DNA of 32,000 bases from Candidatus Iainarchaeum sp. (GTDB lineage Archaea; Iainarchaeota; Iainarchaeia; Iainarchaeales; CSSED10-239), in assembly GCA_028700115.1 (NCBI GenBank), contig JAQVTI010000006.1, positions 1 to 32,000 on the forward strand, read 5' to 3'. This document shows positions 8,850 to 18,155 of the stretch, piece after piece. Every line of letters starts with the position of its first letter. The stretch's first letter is position 1. A program made the position numbers and the translations under genes. The notes below the pieces were generated by a model. That model ran no database searches. It worked only from the letters and a program-made list of their open reading frames with translations, and was not told the origin of the DNA.

Positions 8850-10742
8850 ATGAATTTATTCGATGATATTAAAAAACAAGTTTCTGATAAACTTAATGAA
8901 AAAAAAGTTAATTTTTCTAAAATTGAACCAGAAGGTTCTGAAATAGCAATATATACTTCAGATCCCTCTTCTTTTTTTGAAAATAAAACTATTGTTGGAG
9001 AAGTTGCTGAGCTTTTAAAAAAAAGAATAAACATAAGAACTGATAAAAATCATCTTATGGATCCTTTGAAAGCTTTAGAAATTATTCAAAAAATTATTCC
9101 AGAAGATGCTGGTATTAAAAATATATATTTTGATTCTTATTTTTCAGAAGTAGTTATTGAAGCAAATAAACCTGGTGTTGTAATTGGTAAACAAGGAGAT
9201 GTTTCTAAATCTATTATTAAACAAACAAAATGGATTCCAAAAATAATTAGAGCCCCAAGTGCACCTTCTGAAGTTTTAAAAAAAATTAGAAATATTTATT
9301 TAAAAAATGGTAGTGAAAGAAAACAATTTTTAAAAGATGTAGCTTATAGGATATATACTCCTCTTGTTAGTCAAAAAGATTGGGTTAGAGTTACTGCTTT
9401 AGGTGGTTTTAGAGAAGTTGGAAGAAGTTCTATTCTTTTAGAAACCCCAGATACTAAAATTCTTTTAGATTGTGGTATTAATCCTGCTGATAAAAATGAA
9501 GAGGTTCCATATTTAGGAGTCATGAGGTTTCCTTTAGATGAACTTGATGCAGTTGTAATTACTCATGCTCATATGGATCATATTGGTTTTTTACCATATC
9601 TTTTTAAAGCTGGGTATAAAGGTCCTGTTTATTGTACTGAACCTACTAGAGATTTAATGGGGTTATTACTTTTTGATGCAATTGATGTTTCTTTAAAAAC
9701 AGGTAGAGAACCTCTTTTTTCTGAAGAACATGTAAAAGAAACTTTAAAACATTGTATTGTTAGAAATTTTAGAGAAGTTACAGATATTGCTCCAGGAATT
9801 AGATTAACTTTCCATGGTTCTTCACATATTTTAGGTTCTGCTTCTGCGCATTTACATATTGGTGAAGGTAAACAAAATTTAGTTTATTCTGGAGATATTA
9901 AGTATGGTTTTACAAGATTATTTAATAATATGGATATCAATTATCCAAGACTTGAAACATTAATTTTAGAATCTACATATGGTGGAAAACCAGAAATGCC
10001 TTCTAGAGTAAAATCAGAAGCTGATTTAATTAATATTATTAATGAAACTGTAGATAAAAAAGGTATTACTTTAATTCCAGTTTTTTCTGTTGGTAGAGCT
10101 CAAGAAGTTATGCTTGTTTTGGAGGATTTTTATAGAAGGGGTGTTTTAAAAACAACTAATATTTTTATAGATGGTATGACAAGAGAAGCTTCTGCAATTC
10201 ATACTGTTTATCCTGAATATTTAAAACAAAATATAAAAACTAGAATTTTACAGAATAATTCTCCTTTTATGTCTAAAATATTTAGACCTGTTGATTATGA
10301 TGATAATTCTAGAGAAAATGTATTAAAAACAGAAGGTGCTGTAATTCTAGCTTCTGCAGGTATGCTTACAGGAGGTCCTTCTTTAGGTTATTTATATGAA
10401 CTTGCAGAAAATCCAAATAATTCTTTAATTTTTGTTGGTTATCAAGCAAAAAATAGTTTAGGTTATAAAATTCAAAAAGGTTTAAAGTCTATGCCTATCT
10501 CAGATGATAAGGGAAGAACAAAAACTTTAAATATAAATTTAAGAATTGAAATAGTTGATGCTTATAGTGGTCATTCTTTTAGACAAGAGCTTTTAAATTA
10601 CATACAACATTTAAATCCAAAACCAAGAACTATTTTAGTAAATCATGGGGATTCTTGTCCAGAATTTTCTAGGTTTATTAATAAAAAATTTCATATTAAT
10701 ACAGCTTCTATTCAAAATTTAGAAAGTGTGAGATTAAGATAA
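8850..10742 (+). CDS. aCPSF1: KH-domain plus beta-CASP metallo-beta-lactamase ribonuclease (archaeal transcription termination/RNA processing factor)
   Basis: N-terminal KH-like segments (VVIGKQGDVSKSII), the HAHMDHIG motif and a beta-CASP C-terminal half ending in VNHGD. GTGAT at 8841-8845 is the SD for the ATG at 8850. Confidence 0.95.
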   Translation: MNLFDDIKKQVSDKLNEKKVNFSKIEPEGSEIAIYTSDPSSFFENKTIVGEVAELLKKRINIRTDKNHLMDPLKALEIIQKIIPEDAGIKNIYFDSYFSEVVIEANKPGVVIGKQGDVSKSIIKQTKWIPKIIRAPSAPSEVLKKIRNIYLKNGSERKQFLKDVAYRIYTPLVSQKDWVRVTALGGFREVGRSSILLETPDTKILLDCGINPADKNEEVPYLGVMRFPLDELDAVVITHAHMDHIGFLPYLFKAGYKGPVYCTEPTRDLMGLLLFDAIDVSLKTGREPLFSEEHVKETLKHCIVRNFREVTDIAPGIRLTFHGSSHILGSASAHLHIGEGKQNLVYSGDIKYGFTRLFNNMDINYPRLETLILESTYGGKPEMPSRVKSEADLINIINETVDKKGITLIPVFSVGRAQEVMLVLEDFYRRGVLKTTNIFIDGMTREASAIHTVYPEYLKQNIKTRILQNNSPFMSKIFRPVDYDDNSRENVLKTEGAVILASAGMLTGGPSLGYLYELAENPNNSLIFVGYQAKNSLGYKIQKGLKSMPISDDKGRTKTLNINLRIEIVDAYSGHSFRQELLNYIQHLNPKPRTILVNHGDSCPEFSRFINKKFHINTASIQNLESVRLR

Positions 10743-10744
10743 AT

Positions 10745-11245
10745 ATGTTTTTATTAATTACTGGAGTACCTGGTTGTGGTAAAACAACTATTTCTTCTGA
10801 AATTAAAAGAAGATATAATAAACAAAAGTTTATTATAATAAATGATTTAGATTTTTCTAAATCAAATAATTTAGGTGTTTTTGATAAAGATACAAATGAA
10901 TATGTTGTAGATTTAAAAAAATTAAATTTAGAAGTAAAAAAATATATTTTAAAAAATTCTAGAAAAAATTTAATTTTTGAAGGTCATTTATGGGCCGAAC
11001 TTTCTAAGCAATCTCTTTTAATTTTTGATTATATTTTTATAATTAATATTTCAGAAACAAAGCTTAGAGAAAGATTATTTGAAAGAAAATATAATGTTTT
11101 AAAAATTGAAGATAATATTTTTTGTCAACATACAAATTATTTTTCTGAAATTTTTAAAAATAAAAATGTTCCCCATATTTTGATAAATTCTACTGATGAT
11201 CTTAAATTAAATATTAAAAAGTTAGAAAAATATATTAAGTTTTAA
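10745..11245 (+). CDS. Fap7/adenylate kinase 6-like P-loop NTPase
   Basis: P-loop ITGVPGCGKTT at the N-terminus, EGHL and LRERLFERKY...KIEDNIF match the Fap7/AK6 layout. Size is ~166 aa. Confidence 0.65.
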   Translation: MFLLITGVPGCGKTTISSEIKRRYNKQKFIIINDLDFSKSNNLGVFDKDTNEYVVDLKKLNLEVKKYILKNSRKNLIFEGHLWAELSKQSLLIFDYIFIINISETKLRERLFERKYNVLKIEDNIFCQHTNYFSEIFKNKNVPHILINSTDDLKLNIKKLEKYIKF

Positions 11246-11316
11246 TTATTTTTTATTTTATTATATTTTATGACTATTTTATATTTGTTTTGTATATAGT
11301 ATATATGTGATTATAA

Positions 11317-12108
11317 ATGGTTGAAATATTATCTTCTGCAAGAACACAAAGTGTTAAAGATATTAAAAGAAAATCTAGAATTAAAAAAAGAAATAGTCTT
11401 ATTATTAAATGGTCTTTAATTATTATAATTGTTTTTTTACTTGTTTTTTTAATAAAAAATTATATTTTAGATAATAAACATAGTTATATTGATCAGACTA
11501 CTGGAATTGTTTTTTATTCAAAAGATTTTTTTGTTAAAGATGTTTTTAAAATTCTTGCAAATGATAAAAATATTTCTTTAGTTTTTAATATTTCTTCTCA
11601 AGATATAAATAATTTAAATTTATTTACAGAACATATTGTAAATCTTCAATCTCTTTTTTCTGCAAATAATTCTAATCCAGTTTTAATTATAACTATTATG
11701 GATTCTTTATTAGAAAATAGAAATATTCTTTCTTGTCAAACTAATTTTGGGGATATTTATAAAAATGAGCTTATTTCTTCTCAAGAGTGTAATAATTTAA
11801 TTAATAATAATTCTACTTTGATAATTATTGATTATCCAAATATAAATTTAGAAAAAACAATTGTTTCTTCTAGTGTTAAAGATAAATTTATTTATATTAA
11901 ATCTAAATCTAATACAGATTTATTATATGCAATTAATTTAATTTCAAATATGATGTTTAATAATGTTGATGATACTAAACAAAAAATTGATTATTATAAA
12001 AATAAATTAGATAAAGTTGACAATTCTGATTTTATAAATAATTTTGATTTAAATTTGGCTGTAGAAGATATAAATAATGTTATATATTCAGATAATAATT
12101 TTGATTAA
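11317..12108 (+). CDS. Hypothetical membrane-anchored protein, Asn-rich ectodomain
   Basis: GTGAT at 11307-11311 precedes the ATG. A basic N-terminus is followed by one TM helix (WSLIIIIVFLLVFLI). No recognisable domain. Confidence 0.65.
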   Translation: MVEILSSARTQSVKDIKRKSRIKKRNSLIIKWSLIIIIVFLLVFLIKNYILDNKHSYIDQTTGIVFYSKDFFVKDVFKILANDKNISLVFNISSQDINNLNLFTEHIVNLQSLFSANNSNPVLIITIMDSLLENRNILSCQTNFGDIYKNELISSQECNNLINNNSTLIIIDYPNINLEKTIVSSSVKDKFIYIKSKSNTDLLYAINLISNMMFNNVDDTKQKIDYYKNKLDKVDNSDFINNFDLNLAVEDINNVIYSDNNFD

Positions 12109-12115
12109 TTTATTT

Positions 12116-13078
12116 TTAAATAATTTGATCTATTTTTAATTCTTTTTTTAAATCAAATACATTTTCTATTTCTGTTACAGATATTATAGGTTTTTTAAAT
12201 TGTTTATAATCATCATATGTTATTCTTGGGCAGGCTGTATTAATAAAACAATCTACTTTAATTCCATATAAATATTCTTGTTTTATATAGTCTGAAATTA
12301 AAATATATGCTTTTTTATTTTTTGTTTCTATAAATTTTTTAATTTTTATTGCAATTCCCATTCTATTTTGACCTTTTTTTGTACTTACAAGTATTGCAAA
12401 TTTTTCTGCTTTTCTTGCAAGTGCAATATTTACATATCTTTGTCTAATAAATTCATCAGTTATTTCTATTTTTTTAATTTTTTTTGTAATTGGATTTATT
12501 GTTATTATTTGTTGGTTTTTATAAATAAATGCAATATTATTTATATGAAATACCCCATCTCCAATAAAAATTATTGGATTTTTTGTATCTGTTATTGTAG
12601 TACTATCACATCCTAGCACCATGTGTTTTATTACTCTTTTTGTTTTTTTTGCATCTATTATTTGTATTTTTTGTTTTTTTAGTTTATTTTTTATTTCTTT
12701 AATATTTTCTATATATTGTATAGTTGTTACTAAATTTATTTTTTTAAAGTTTAATTTTAGAATATTTTTTATAATATATTTTATTTGTTCTTTTTTTAAT
12801 TTATAGTTTATAGGTATAAAATATGTTTTTATTTTTTGTGAATTCATTTTATAATGCCCGAAATGTATAAGTACTTTGAATCCTAAATATTTTGCTTCTA
12901 AATCTTTTGTATCACAAGCTCCATAGCAAGGATCTATAAATAGTGATGGTTTGTTTTTTTTAAAAGCATCTAATATTTTTAAGCTATATTGTTTTAATCC
13001 TTCTGGAATTTGTATAGCTATTGGACTTTCGGTGATTTTTATTTTTTTAATTTCTTTAAATAGTTCTTTTTCTAACAT
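12116..13078 (-). CDS. dph2: Diphthamide synthesis protein Dph2 (2-(3-amino-3-carboxypropyl)histidine synthase)
   Basis: IAIQIPEGLK, and conserved Cys contexts DPCYGACD and FINTACPRI. Size is typical at 320 aa. Confidence 0.9.
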   Translation of the reverse strand: MLEKELFKEIKKIKITESPIAIQIPEGLKQYSLKILDAFKKNKPSLFIDPCYGACDTKDLEAKYLGFKVLIHFGHYKMNSQKIKTYFIPINYKLKKEQIKYIIKNILKLNFKKINLVTTIQYIENIKEIKNKLKKQKIQIIDAKKTKRVIKHMVLGCDSTTITDTKNPIIFIGDGVFHINNIAFIYKNQQIITINPITKKIKKIEITDEFIRQRYVNIALARKAEKFAILVSTKKGQNRMGIAIKIKKFIETKNKKAYILISDYIKQEYLYGIKVDCFINTACPRITYDDYKQFKKPIISVTEIENVFDLKKELKIDQII

Positions 13079-13101
13079 GTAAATATTTATTTTAGAATAT
13101 G

Positions 13102-13110
13102 TTTATAAAA
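13102..13110. promoter_or_regulatory. Candidate shared TATA box (TTTATAAAA) for divergent dph2 and cca
   Basis: Only 53 nt separate the two start codons and neither has an SD. The box centre is ~26 nt from the cca ATG (13132) and ~28 nt from the dph2 ATG (13078). Confidence 0.4.
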
Positions 13111-13131
13111 TGTAAGTTATAAATATAATAT

Positions 13132-14511
13132 ATGGTTAAAATAGGTTTAGATAAATCCAAAGATTTTATATATAAAAAAACAAGAAAAGATGTTCTTGAA
13201 ATGATTAAACCTAGTTCTAAACAAATTATTCAAGATAAAAAATTTGTAGATTTAATTATTAAAAAAATTGAACATTTTAAAGGATCTCATATTTCTGCAA
13301 TTGTTGCAGGGTCTATTGGTAAAAATACATATATTAAAGATTCTGTTGATTTTGATATATTTGTTTTATATCCTCCTTCTTTAAAAAAAGAGAATTTTAT
13401 AAAAGAAGGCTTAATTATTGGTGAAAAAGTATTTAAAGGTTATTTTTGGGAAAAAACATATTCTCAACATCCTTATATAAGAGGTGTTATTGATGGTAAA
13501 AAAGTGGAAATTATTCCTGCTTATAAAATAGATGTTGGTGAAAATATAATTTCTGCAGTTGATAGAACTTCTTTACATTTATTTTTTATTAATAAAAATA
13601 TGTCTAATTATCAAAAAGATGATGTAAGAATATTAAAATATTTTTTAAAAAAAATAGATTGTTATGGTGCTGATTCTTCTATTAATGGGTTTTCTGGATA
13701 TTTATGTGAATTATTAATTTTATTTTATGGTAGTTTTATTAATCTTTTAGAGCATTCTGTAAATTGGTCTTTTCCAATTAAATTTGTTTTATTAAAAGAA
13801 CAAGAACCATTTTTAAATAATTTTTCTGAAAATTTAGTTGTTATAGATCCTGTAGATTCAAACAGAAATGTTGCATCTGCAGTTTCTGATAGTAATATTA
13901 GTAAATTTATTTCTGCATCTAGAGTTTTTATAGAAAATCCAAATATTGATTTTTTTAAAAAAAGAGTTGTTAATCAAATGACTTATCATCAATTAATAGG
14001 AAGATTAAATAATTTTCCATTAGGTGTAATTTGTTTTAATGTTAAAAATTTATTAAAAGAAGTGTCTTTTTCTAAAATTAAAAAAAATATTACTAAGTTA
14101 ATTAAATATTTAGAAATAAATAATTTTTATATTTTAAAAAATGATATTTATTTAGATGAAGAAAATTCTAAGGCTTATTTTATATTTATGTTTGATAAGT
14201 TTAAAATTCCTAAATTTTATTCTGCAATAGGTCCTAAGATTACAGATTTTATAAATTCTGAAAAATTTATAAATAATTCTAGTGGAAAAGGAGTTTTAGG
14301 TCCTTTTATTAAAGATGATAGATGGTATGAAATTAGACAAAGAGATAGAGTTGATATAAAATCTATTATTTTAAATTTTTTATTTTCTAATTTTGATATT
14401 CCTTCTAAATTATATATTGATAAAGAAATTAGTGATTTATATTTAAAAGAAGATATATTATCTATTTATTTTTCTGATTTTTTTATTTCTAAGGAAAAAT
14501 TTCTTTTTTAA
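13132..14511 (+). CDS. cca: Archaeal class I CCA-adding enzyme (tRNA nucleotidyltransferase)
   Basis: Nucleotidyltransferase signature GSIGKNTYIKDSVDFDIFV, then HPYIRG, VEIIPAY and SGYLCELL. Confidence 0.93.
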   Translation: MVKIGLDKSKDFIYKKTRKDVLEMIKPSSKQIIQDKKFVDLIIKKIEHFKGSHISAIVAGSIGKNTYIKDSVDFDIFVLYPPSLKKENFIKEGLIIGEKVFKGYFWEKTYSQHPYIRGVIDGKKVEIIPAYKIDVGENIISAVDRTSLHLFFINKNMSNYQKDDVRILKYFLKKIDCYGADSSINGFSGYLCELLILFYGSFINLLEHSVNWSFPIKFVLLKEQEPFLNNFSENLVVIDPVDSNRNVASAVSDSNISKFISASRVFIENPNIDFFKKRVVNQMTYHQLIGRLNNFPLGVICFNVKNLLKEVSFSKIKKNITKLIKYLEINNFYILKNDIYLDEENSKAYFIFMFDKFKIPKFYSAIGPKITDFINSEKFINNSSGKGVLGPFIKDDRWYEIRQRDRVDIKSIILNFLFSNFDIPSKLYIDKEISDLYLKEDILSIYFSDFFISKEKFLF

Positions 14512-14984
14512 TTTTTTTAAAATATTTACTGTTATGTTGTAATTAACTTTGTTTTAGAATTTATTATTTTTTTGTATATTTTAAGAGGGTAATTGTATTT
14601 ATTACATAAAGTTAATTAATTATGTTCCATTTTGTACATCTTAATAGGTATAGTTATTATATATTTAATTTACCTTACATATATTGGATTTGAGATTTTA
14701 CAAAAGATTTTACTCTGAAGACAATTTTAGGATTGGATTTTAACTAATGAGTAATTTCATCTAGGAGGTTGATAAATTAAAATGACTTTAAACAAATCCA
14801 GCGACAGTTGGGGGATATGTTTAACCAGACTATGGTGTATATGTAGATTTCCCCCATCTTGAATATTATTTTTCTATTTTTTTTTATTATTTATAGTTTA
14901 TTTTTTAACTTATATATTTATATATATTTATATATTATATATTTATATAAATCTAAAACTATTTTTGTTTTTTTAAAAATATAT

Positions 14985-15067
14985 GCAGAGGTGGCGGAGT
15001 GGTCAAACGCACCAGCCTTGAGAGCTGGAGTCTTTGGACTACGCGAGTTCGAGTCTCGTCCTCTGCG
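14985..15067 (+). tRNA. tRNA-Ser (anticodon UGA), class II with long variable arm, no encoded CCA
   Basis: Folded by hand. Acceptor GCAGAGG/CCTCTGC, a 3-bp D stem, anticodon stem CCAGC/GCTGG with loop CTTGAGA, variable arm AGTC-TTTG-GACT, T arm GCGAG-TTCGAGT-CTCGT and discriminator G. Followed by a T-run. Confidence 0.95.
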
Positions 15068-15207
15068 CTTTTTTAATATTAAATTATTTTTTTTTAATTT
15101 ATATTTTGGAATATTAATTTATATAAAAGCTTTTAAATACTCTTTTCTTTTATATATTATATATTTTAAAAAAATATTTTATAATATAAATTATTTTAGT
15201 GATTGTT

Positions 15208-18150
15208 ATGAATGTTAAACATTTTAAATCTGATAATAAAGATTTTTTTGAAGATATGGAAAAAAGTGAAGATTCTAATTTAATTAAAGACGATTTTTCT
15301 AATGTTAAAGATAATTATTCTAATCTTGTAAATAAAGATAAAATAATAGATATTGAACAAAAAATTAATTATCAAAAAAATTTAAAGAATAATTTTGAAA
15401 AAAAAAATGATGATTTTTTAGAAAATTTAGAAGTTAAAGATAAAAATGAAGAAATACAAGAAAAAGAGTATAAAAATGAAGAAATTGATGAATTAATAAT
15501 TTCTAAAGATCTTGAAAGTGAACAAAAAATTTTACAGCAAGATTTAGAAAAAGAAATTGGTGTTATTAAAGATACTTTAGATAATGTAGGTCTATCTAAT
15601 AAAAATAAAAATATTGAAGAAAAAATAGATATTAAGCCAAAGTTAAAATTTTTACAAGACCCAAATGATGATTCTATAGTATATATTGGTAGAAAAAAAT
15701 CTGTTTTAAAACAATATGGTAAAATGGCTACAGCTTTTATAGGTAAAGTTGCAGAAGAACAATGTAAGGATAAAAAAGTACATTTAGATGGTCTAAATCC
15801 ACATGTTGTTTTTTTAGATGGGGCAAGAGGTACTGGTAAAAGTTATCTTTTAGGTGTTATTGCAGAACAACTTGCAAAAACAAATCCTTATATTGGGCAA
15901 ATAGTTATTGATCCTGTTGGGGTTTTTTGGTCTATGAAATTTCCAAATAGTGATTCTAAAGAATTACAAATTTTAAAAGAATGGAATCTTTCTCCAGAAG
16001 GGTTAAATAATTTAAAAGTTTTTGTACCAGAAGGTGTGAAAGATCAAGTTTCTAAAGAGACTTTTGATGATACTTTTTCTATGTTTCCATCTTTATTAAC
16101 TCCTGAAGATTGGTGTATAACTTTTGGGATTGATAGATTTTCTCCTGGTGGACTTCTTTTAGAAAAAACCATTTCTTTTGTAAAAAAAGGTTATATTTCT
16201 GGTGGTTCTAAAGAAAATCCAGATATTTTAAATATAAAAGCTAAAGGTAATCAATTTACATTAGATGATATTATTTTTTGTTTACAAAATAATTCTGATT
16301 TTTCATCATCTACAAAAGGATATAAACCAGATTCTATTAGAGCATTAGTATCAAGATTTGAAGCTGCAAAGTCATGGGGAATTTTTTCTGACCATGGAAC
16401 TCCTTTAAGTAAGCTTTCTAGAGAAAATCAGTTAACTGTTTTAGATACTTCTTTTTTAGATGAAAATATTACTGCATTAGTTATAGGTATTCTTGCAAGA
16501 AGAATTCTTGCTGCAAGAAAACTTTTAGCAAGACAAGATGCTGTAAAAAAGTTTTCAACAAAAGATATTGATGCAGAACAAATGCTTGAAATTGAAATAC
16601 CTCCTACATGGATGTATATTGATGAAGCTCATACATTAATTCCTTCTGGAAATACATTAACTCCTGCAACAGCAGGAATAATAGAATATGTAAAACAAGG
16701 TAGAAGACCTGGGTGTTCTTTAGTTTTTGCAACACAACAACCTTCTGCTATAAATACAAAAGTTTTATCTCAAGTTGATGTTTTAATAAGTAATAAACTT
16801 GTTTTTAATGATGATATTCATGCAATTCAAAAAAGAATGCCTGCTATAATACCTAAACAATATAAAGAACCAAATTTTATAAAAACACTTCCCTTTGCTA
16901 CAGCTCTTTGTGGGGAAAGATCTGAAGAAACTTCTAGAGCTTTTATTTTGAGAGCTGGTCCTCGTTCAAGTCAACATGAAGGTAGAGATGCAGAAACTAT
17001 CAGAGATATTCCAAAAAAATCTAATAATGAAATTTTAGATATTTGTGTTAGTATGATTTATAATAAATTAGAAAAGTCTAAAGAGTTAAAAATTAATTTT
17101 GTGAAAGATATAGTAGATGTTGTAAATGTAAAATATAAATCAAATATTTTATGGGATGATGTTTTAGATAAATTAATTTTTAAAAATGTTTTTGTAGATT
17201 CTGAATATATTTATTTAAAGAAAGATGTTTCTGATAAAGAGCACGAATTAATTAAAAAAGATATTAGAATTTTAGAAGATGATTTTGAAGAAGATTCTAT
17301 TTTAAATAATTCAAAATATTCTTCTGAAGATATAGATGATTTAGATATTTCAAATAATGATAATTTATCTATAGATAAAGAAGTAGATGGGAATGTTCTT
17401 TTAAAACAAAATTTATCTTCAAGAGTTAAGTTTCAAAATATAATTTCTTCAAGAATTTCAAGATATAAAATTGAAGATATTGTAAAATCTAAAATTAAAA
17501 AAAATATTTTATTTAAACCTAAGGAAATAATTTTAGATATTGTTTTAAAATATAGACCTATATATAAAATAAATTATAATCTTTTTGACCAAGAAAATAA
17601 TTTTAAAGCTGCACATTGTTATATTGATTCAGTTACAGGAGAATTTATTCATTTTATTAATTCTAAATTAAAAGAATCTAAAGGTTTTAGTTTATTGGAA
17701 AAATTAGAATCTGATGATTTAGATATTTTATATTTATTGCAAAAACAACAAACTCTTTTTTCTTTATCTCAAGAGCTTGGTTTAGATCAAGATTATATTT
17801 CTAAAAAATATATTTCTAAATTTGAGAATCTTTCAATAATTGATATTTCTAAAAATAATAATATTTCTATTTTTAAACTTTCTAAAGATTTTGATGTTCC
17901 ATTTAATCCAACTCATAAAATTTTATATTCTTTAGATGATTTATCTTTAAGAAAAGAAATTGTAGAATTTTTTGAAACAATTGTTTATCCAATAGATATA
18001 GTTAAAGATAATTTAAATAAACTTTGGGGGAATTTAGAAATTATTTCTATTGAAGAAATTTTCTGGCCTATTTGGTATTCTTCTTTAATTAATAATAAAG
18101 ATGTTAAACGTGAATTATTAATTGATGCTATTGTTGGAAAGGAATTATGA
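15208..18150 (+). CDS. HerA/FtsK-class (DUF87-like) P-loop ATPase with long unassigned N- and C-terminal extensions
   Basis: Walker A GARGTGKS (15820-15843), Walker B YIDEAH (16615-16632) and GRRPGCSLVFATQQPSAI...LSQVDVLISNKL. GTGAT at 15199-15203 is the SD for the ATG at 15208. The family call is confident; function is unknown. Confidence 0.75.
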   Translation: MNVKHFKSDNKDFFEDMEKSEDSNLIKDDFSNVKDNYSNLVNKDKIIDIEQKINYQKNLKNNFEKKNDDFLENLEVKDKNEEIQEKEYKNEEIDELIISKDLESEQKILQQDLEKEIGVIKDTLDNVGLSNKNKNIEEKIDIKPKLKFLQDPNDDSIVYIGRKKSVLKQYGKMATAFIGKVAEEQCKDKKVHLDGLNPHVVFLDGARGTGKSYLLGVIAEQLAKTNPYIGQIVIDPVGVFWSMKFPNSDSKELQILKEWNLSPEGLNNLKVFVPEGVKDQVSKETFDDTFSMFPSLLTPEDWCITFGIDRFSPGGLLLEKTISFVKKGYISGGSKENPDILNIKAKGNQFTLDDIIFCLQNNSDFSSSTKGYKPDSIRALVSRFEAAKSWGIFSDHGTPLSKLSRENQLTVLDTSFLDENITALVIGILARRILAARKLLARQDAVKKFSTKDIDAEQMLEIEIPPTWMYIDEAHTLIPSGNTLTPATAGIIEYVKQGRRPGCSLVFATQQPSAINTKVLSQVDVLISNKLVFNDDIHAIQKRMPAIIPKQYKEPNFIKTLPFATALCGERSEETSRAFILRAGPRSSQHEGRDAETIRDIPKKSNNEILDICVSMIYNKLEKSKELKINFVKDIVDVVNVKYKSNILWDDVLDKLIFKNVFVDSEYIYLKKDVSDKEHELIKKDIRILEDDFEEDSILNNSKYSSEDIDDLDISNNDNLSIDKEVDGNVLLKQNLSSRVKFQNIISSRISRYKIEDIVKSKIKKNILFKPKEIILDIVLKYRPIYKINYNLFDQENNFKAAHCYIDSVTGEFIHFINSKLKESKGFSLLEKLESDDLDILYLLQKQQTLFSLSQELGLDQDYISKKYISKFENLSIIDISKNNNISIFKLSKDFDVPFNPTHKILYSLDDLSLRKEIVEFFETIVYPIDIVKDNLNKLWGNLEIISIEEIFWPIWYSSLINNKDVKRELLIDAIVGKEL

Positions 18151-18155
18151 TTTTT

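Noticed and set aside
7619-9034. Minus-strand ORFs 7619-7852 and 8813-9034
   Set aside because: They lie antisense to the FKBP and aCPSF1 genes, and I see no motifs or start signals.
12368-12806. Plus-strand ORFs 12368-12616 and 12621-12806
   Set aside because: They lie antisense to dph2 and translate to low-complexity F/C/I-rich sequence.
14690-14800. C/D-box sRNA in the anomalous spacer (CTGA at ~14716, ATGAGT at ~14748)
   Set aside because: No proper RUGAUGA C box paired with a terminal CUGA D box at the expected 50-70 nt spacing on either strand.
14859-15218. 119-aa ORF spanning the tRNA-Ser gene
   Set aside because: It reads straight through a well-folding tRNA and AT-rich spacer. The translation is a low-complexity I/F/Y/L string.
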